Position numbers and translations under genes: made by a program
From: Camelus dromedarius
Taxonomy: Eukaryota
NCBI RefSeq assembly: GCF_036321535.1
Contig: NC_087436.1
Span: forward strand, 66,404,001 to 66,468,000
DNA: 64,000 bases
Direction: 5' to 3'
Shown: one piece after another, positions 62,470 to 64,000 of the stretch
How positions within the stretch are numbered: position 1 is the stretch's first letter
How the letters are laid out: every line of letters starts with the position of its first letter
Notes under the pieces: model-generated
Seen by the model: only the letters and a program-made list of their open reading frames with translations
Databases searched by the model: none
Told to the model about the DNA's origin: nothing

Positions 62470-62952
62470 AAACCAAAAGTATACTAAGTAATTCAATGAA
62501 AGGCATCCTGGAAAGGGATTTAAGTACTAATATGCCTGGAAATGCTAGAAGTGCAAACAGTGGATAGTGAGGCAAACCAGAAATTAGAAACACAGGGAGC
62601 AGCAACCACCTTGAGGGGTGGAAGGACAAGGGGAGGAGACAAGGTGGCCTGAGCTCAGGATCTGTGGCTGCTCAGCAGAAGCACAGGGTATCTGCTGGGG
62701 GGAGCAGGGAATGTAAGAAAGAGAAAGAGCCACTGCTCAAGATGGCTAACACAGAGGGAGGAATGGGCAGAAATGGTCTGCTTTCTTCCCAACCTCTGTG
62801 CACTCTCATCTCTTGCCAGTGCTTCTCAGTGGCAAAAGCTTGGTCCATTGACAAGGAGGATGAGAAAACCTAGTTTGCAGGAGTCAGCACCCAGTGAGGC
62901 AGGAGGAAGGAAGAGAAGTAGGTCTGAGAGCAAACAGAAGAATGCCTAGCAC
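62470..62952 (-). mobile_element. Ancient LTR (LTR78/LTR79-like)
   Basis: GC-rich block ending tagtttgcaggagtcagc...gtctgagagcaaacagaagaatgcctagcaca. Confidence 0.5.
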
Positions 62953-62990
62953 AGTAGCAAACTCTGAAACTCTTGATTATGTGGTAGATT

Positions 62991-63146
62991 TTTTTTAATT
63001 GAAGTATAGTTGATTTAGAATATTACATTAGTTTCAGGTGTACAAGCATAGTGATTCAGTATTTTTACAGATTATACTCCATTAAAAGTTATGATAAGAA
63101 AATAGCTATAATTCTCTGTACTGTACAATATATCCATGTTGTTCAT
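62991..63146 (-). mobile_element. Short artiodactyl-type L1 3' end
   Basis: ttttttaattgaagtatagttgattta...ttagtttcaggtgtacaagcatagtgattcagtattt; TSD tgtggtagatt (62980-62990) / tgtggcagatt (63147-63157). Confidence 0.85.
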
Positions 63147-64000
63147 TGTGGCAGATTAATTTAACAGCCAGCAGGAGGAATTTACATTTCCAGAAAATTA
63201 TCTAAACCAAAGTAGGCAATAATTATACCATTTGATTGAATTCTGATTTTGAAGCAAAAATATCTTACTACAGTGAAAAAAACAAGTGTATCAAAAAAGA
63301 GACTTAAAATAGGCTTTGCCATCAACTTGATCAGTGTTAATAAAACACATGGTGCAAACATGCACACTAACATACACATATGCACACACGCAGTCACACA
63401 GAAAAATAACTAAGAATATTAGTTATTCTAATTTTTCACTTATTTAGCAGCCCTTAAAATAATTCTAAACAGCTAATCCCATAGCTTTTGCCACACATAC
63501 CTACTTAGTTACAGAAACTAACCTTTCATAAGTGTAGACTTGAAAAATAAGTCAGAATGGCTTAATTCCAATCAATTAAGCATTATCATTTACTCCACAT
63601 AATCCATATGTCTATATAATTGTAATTGATTCTCTCGTTTTCCTCAAAATATTTTCAGATTATCATGTAGTCTACTTTCAGTGTAACTGTATTTCACCAG
63701 TACTAAAAGAACAAACAGCAACTGAACTAAGCATGTATATATGTATATACACACATATATATAAATGGAATTGGAAATTAAAACAAAATTGAATGCAGGT
63801 ATAAAATAGAAAAAAAATATATTAAGGCCATTGGTCTACACAGTATCATTTTCTCATAGATATTCCATACATATAAAATAATTATTAAATAAAATAATAA
63901 TTAATTTTCATGTTCTTATTATTTAAACAAAAGTTGGTATGAGGCAGATAACTTAATATTCCACATACAAATCTCTTCTCAGAATTACACATCATAAATA

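Noticed and set aside
1..64000. A novel multi-gene biological system or a named host gene
   Set aside because: No intact coding exons, arrays or operon-like structure were visible; a host gene cannot be named without alignment.

Overview
Gene-poor, AT-rich mammalian genomic DNA, intronic or intergenic. It is most likely camelid, based on a camelid-type tRNA-derived SINE at ~10.3 kb and artiodactyl-type L1/Tigger1a copies. I see no intact protein-coding gene, RNA gene, CRISPR array or prokaryote-like system. The ORF track is explained by chance, repeats or pseudogene remnants. Most of the window is interspersed repeats: L1, L2, MIR, CR1/L3, ERVL, MaLR, ERV1 and ERV2-type LTRs, and Tigger and hAT MITEs. 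Main observations: (1) a minus-strand MAD1L1 processed pseudogene that leaves the coding sequence at a GAG|GTGAGG donor-like junction and continues into GC-rich non-coding sequence, suggesting a retrocopy of a truncated or intron-read-through isoform; (2) a very old, near full-length YBX1 processed pseudogene, absent from the ORF track and interrupted by a MER5A; (3) a young twin-primed (5'-inverted) L1 inside an ERVL pol/dUTPase relic; (4) an octamer/Sox plus CCAAT motif cluster and a few candidate exons and conserved-looking elements. I found nothing I can honestly call a new biological system. Repeat and gene identities come from recalled consensus or mRNA sequences, not database searches, and many boundaries are approximate.
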